Origin: Alphaproteobacteria bacterium
GTDB taxonomy: Bacteria; Pseudomonadota; Alphaproteobacteria; RF32; CAG-239
Direction of reading: 5' to 3'
Assembly (NCBI GenBank): GCA_017635595.1
Contig: JAGBLF010000024.1
Location: forward strand, 4,441-68,440
Length of the DNA stretch: 64,000 nucleotides
Translations under genes and position numbers: made by a program
Shown: positions 61,302 to 64,000 of the stretch, piece after piece
Numbering within the stretch: the stretch's first letter is position 1
Layout of the letters: each line of letters starts with the position of its first letter
The notes under the pieces: generated by a model
The model's input: only the letters and a program-made list of their open reading frames with translations
What the model was told of the DNA's origin: nothing
The model's database searches: none

Positions 61302-61349
61302 TTTTGCCCGACACAAGAGAAGTTTAACTTAATTTTTTATATAAGGATT

Positions 61350-61886
61350 ATGGATACAAAAAAATTAAAAGAGCTCATTGAGCAGAATGATGTGAGTGGA
61401 TTATCAAAGGTCATATTCAATCAGCACTATGACCACAGTTCAGAGCACGGTTATACCTACCCGCTCGGTGCCGAAAATGAAGCTTTGGCGGTCAAGCAGA
61501 TGCTTCAGACACAAAGCGCGGAGTGGTACAAGTTTTTGTCTCGTTATCAACAACATTATCCGTTATCTGCCCTGGCAGATGATGAGCTTGCCGATAACGC
61601 CGCAGAGAACGTACAGGCCCGCGAGCTGTTACTGGCCGGAATGGAGAAGTATGGATGTACCCCGACTCTTGCTGCACATCTGTGCCGCTTTTTTATGACG
61701 GCTCAGGCAGATGGCAGTGAACTGATAGCAGCTGTTTGCACCAACTCGCGAATCAGAAGCTTAGAGGTTCGCGCGTTATTGGAGCGCCTGGCCGACCGAG
61801 AGCACACAGCCTGTCCGGATAAAAATCCGCCGCAGTATCTAAAGCTCTACGATAAGTCAATAAATGGCTATCGCAACCGAGTATGA
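61350..61886 (+). CDS. Hypothetical protein
   Basis: 178-aa ORF with SD aagga and a terminator at ~61901-61939. Confidence 0.65.
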   Translation: MDTKKLKELIEQNDVSGLSKVIFNQHYDHSSEHGYTYPLGAENEALAVKQMLQTQSAEWYKFLSRYQQHYPLSALADDELADNAAENVQARELLLAGMEKYGCTPTLAAHLCRFFMTAQADGSELIAAVCTNSRIRSLEVRALLERLADREHTACPDKNPPQYLKLYDKSINGYRNRV

Positions 61887-62020
61887 GCTTAGAACTTACC
61901 GCAACCGCCGTTTTACACCAAAACGGCGGTTGTTTTTTATATGCGGCCCAAAAAAATAATTGCACAATATTATTTTTTCTTTTATCTTTACCGTAAGATG
62001 ATTATTTACGGAGGCTGCTT

Positions 62021-62461
62021 ATGTATTGCTTTTATAACCCGCTTGAACTTTCCGACGAGCAAAAACTCGTATATATAAAATTACTTGTGTATTTAGCTCA
62101 AACCGATAACGCATCGGCGGTTATGGAAAGGACTTTTATAAAAAAAACTATTGTCCAAATGAAGATAGATCCGAAAAGCCTGCATGATTTGTCCGTTCCG
62201 GTAACAAATGATGATTTGTACTCTGCCTTATTGCCCATCAACGGGCGGTTCATGGCTATAGATTTACTACATCGCCTGTGGTATGCGGCATCTATTGACG
62301 AGAACTTTGCCGATGAAGAAATCGAGCTTATTCAGAAAATAGCCAAAATATTAGACATTGATGAAGATACAATTTTGAAAATAGGCAATTTTGTCGTCGA
62401 CGAAACGAACTTTTTCGCCCAAGTAAAAGATATTTTTGAAACAGATAACGTCCGTTGCTAA
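62021..62461 (+). CDS. TerB-like (tellurite resistance/DjlA N-terminal fold) protein
   Basis: LAQTD...ERTFI and AASIDENFADEEIELIQKIAKIL repeats; SD ggagg. Confidence 0.7.
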   Translation: MYCFYNPLELSDEQKLVYIKLLVYLAQTDNASAVMERTFIKKTIVQMKIDPKSLHDLSVPVTNDDLYSALLPINGRFMAIDLLHRLWYAASIDENFADEEIELIQKIAKILDIDEDTILKIGNFVVDETNFFAQVKDIFETDNVRC

Positions 62462-62568
62462 TATATTGATTTAAGATAATTATTATTTAAAAAATGCATA
62501 AAAAACAAAAAAAATGAAAATAATGCTTGCATTTATAAATGAATTGATTTATTAACAATACCTGTTAG

Positions 62569-62645
62569 GCGCCCGTAGCTTAATTGGATAGAGCATCTGA
62601 CTACGGATCAGAAGGTTGTGAGTTCGAGTCCCGCCGGGCGCGCCA
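62569..62645 (+). tRNA. tRNA-Arg(ACG)
   Basis: GCGCCCG acceptor, CT-ACG-GA loop, TTCGAGT, ends GCCA. Confidence 0.96.
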
Positions 62646-62712
62646 TTTAACTCCCTGTTTTTACAGGGATTTTTTATTTTTAAAATTTTTTATCAAGCCA
62701 CAAAATCCCTCC

Positions 62713-62749
62713 GGTCACACGCTGGTCACACGTTTTTTCCGGTTACACG
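62713..62749 (+). repeat. GGT(C/T)ACACG direct repeats (three copies), candidate integrase arm-type sites
   Basis: 62713-62721, 62724-62732, 62741-62749, just downstream of tRNA-Arg. Confidence 0.55.
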
Positions 62750-62883
62750 AAAAAAAGAAGGTCGCAAATCAAAAAGCAAATCGGTAAAATTTGTCCCAGA
62801 ATATAAAAAATTATCGCGAATCGCCTGTTGATAAAATTTGCTTGAAAATCATTTTATGCCGCACAAAAAGCAAATAAGTATGC

Positions 62884-63690
62884 TTATTCCACTTCTATTA
62901 CTAAATTGGGATTAAATCCACAAGGTTCACCATATTTCACATATCCTCTCGGATTACATATGACACGGCAATCGCCGATTTCATAGTCGCTGGCTTGATG
63001 TATATGTCCGTGACACCACAGCTTTATATTCGGTCGATCCAATATAAAATCCTCTAAATTACTGGCATAGCATGGTGTTATTTCGTCGTTCTTGTATTCT
63101 CTTGGCACCGACATCATACTCGGAGCATGATGTGTGATTACAACAATTTTCTTATCCGGGAACTTTTTGCATACAGCATCAATCGCCTCTACCGTCTGTT
63201 GAAACATCTTGGCACAGTCTTCAGGTTGTAATCTTCTCAATAACCGCGTATCCTCTTTTTCTTTGTTATAATCCGAATTAAATTTGCCATAGCGAAAATC
63301 ATTTAAATTACGAGTTGCATACCACATATACATATCTTGAGCATCTTTGTTCAATAATTTGTAATCCGTCCATAGCGTTCCGCCGACAAACACTATATCA
63401 TTCACGATCTTGTAAGTGTTATTCAAATATGACAATGATGCAGAAAGCGGATAATTTCGTTCAAATTGGTTCTTAAAATACTGCAGAGAATGTTTACTTT
63501 CATTATAAACAATATGATTTCCGCTGACAAACACACCATTTTTGACATTTTTCTTTAGCCACCGTGAAGTTTCTTCATAATATCCGGATATATCTCCACA
63601 GATTACAGTAAATGTTTCGGTATCATCTAATCTAAACGGATTCCCTGAATTTATTTCCAAATGTAAATCTGATATAATGCGAACTTTCAT
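62884..63690 (-). CDS. Calcineurin-like metallophosphoesterase
   Basis: ISDLH, CGDI, SGNH, GGTLWTDY, ITHHAP, WCHGHIH, CNPRGY. Confidence 0.93.
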   Translation of the reverse strand: MKVRIISDLHLEINSGNPFRLDDTETFTVICGDISGYYEETSRWLKKNVKNGVFVSGNHIVYNESKHSLQYFKNQFERNYPLSASLSYLNNTYKIVNDIVFVGGTLWTDYKLLNKDAQDMYMWYATRNLNDFRYGKFNSDYNKEKEDTRLLRRLQPEDCAKMFQQTVEAIDAVCKKFPDKKIVVITHHAPSMMSVPREYKNDEITPCYASNLEDFILDRPNIKLWCHGHIHQASDYEIGDCRVICNPRGYVKYGEPCGFNPNLVIEVE

Positions 63691-64000
63691 TGTTTCTTTT
63701 TGAACCGTTATTAGTGAATATTTTTTGCTATATAATGAATTTAATAGATATTATTTCCTTTGTAAATGGCTATATATCGGGATTCCAGAACTTTTACTCA
63801 ATGAGTTATCTTTTATGCAAATCTGCAATGGTATTGCTTTTTTACATAAAAACATAGCCTTGATCATTATCTTGCAAACTATGCAAAAATTGTAAAATAC
63901 GCTTAACCAAAATACTAAAATATTAAAAATTGTAAATTGTATTTAACAAAAATCTTGACTCTTATGATTTTGTTAATTATAATTAACATTAAAGGAGAGC

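Overview
A 64-kb chromosomal segment of a moderately AT-rich alphaproteobacterium, probably an anaerobic or host-associated (gut-type) lineage. Evidence for the lineage is the lspA-DUF3035-M16-M16-mutL and yceD/bamE synteny, plus lolCDE, lon and a desulfoferrodoxin. Most of the window is housekeeping (mutL, pgi, thyA/folA, greA, lon, two DsbD-like genes, lemA operon, four tRNAs), interspersed with monocistronic orphan genes. The standout is an AT-rich minus-strand locus at about 17.8-22.6 kb that looks like a polymorphic-toxin cassette array built on an N-terminal domain I do not recognise. It has one full-length gene with a BECR/PBECR-like RNase C-terminus and two further near-identical DNA copies of part of its N-terminal region. 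It also has alternative C-terminal modules, one serum-amyloid-A-like and one lytic-transglycosylase-like, each followed by a membrane protein that may confer immunity. In place of an immunity ORF behind the nuclease there is a convergent, promoter- and terminator-bounded structured small RNA. Other points are a 1523-aa trimeric autotransporter adhesin, tandem STT3/GT-C-like glycosyltransferases, a probable island junction at tRNA-Arg, a duplicated tRNA-Ser 5' half and a triple DnaA-box cluster. All family calls come from motif recognition by eye; no searches were run.
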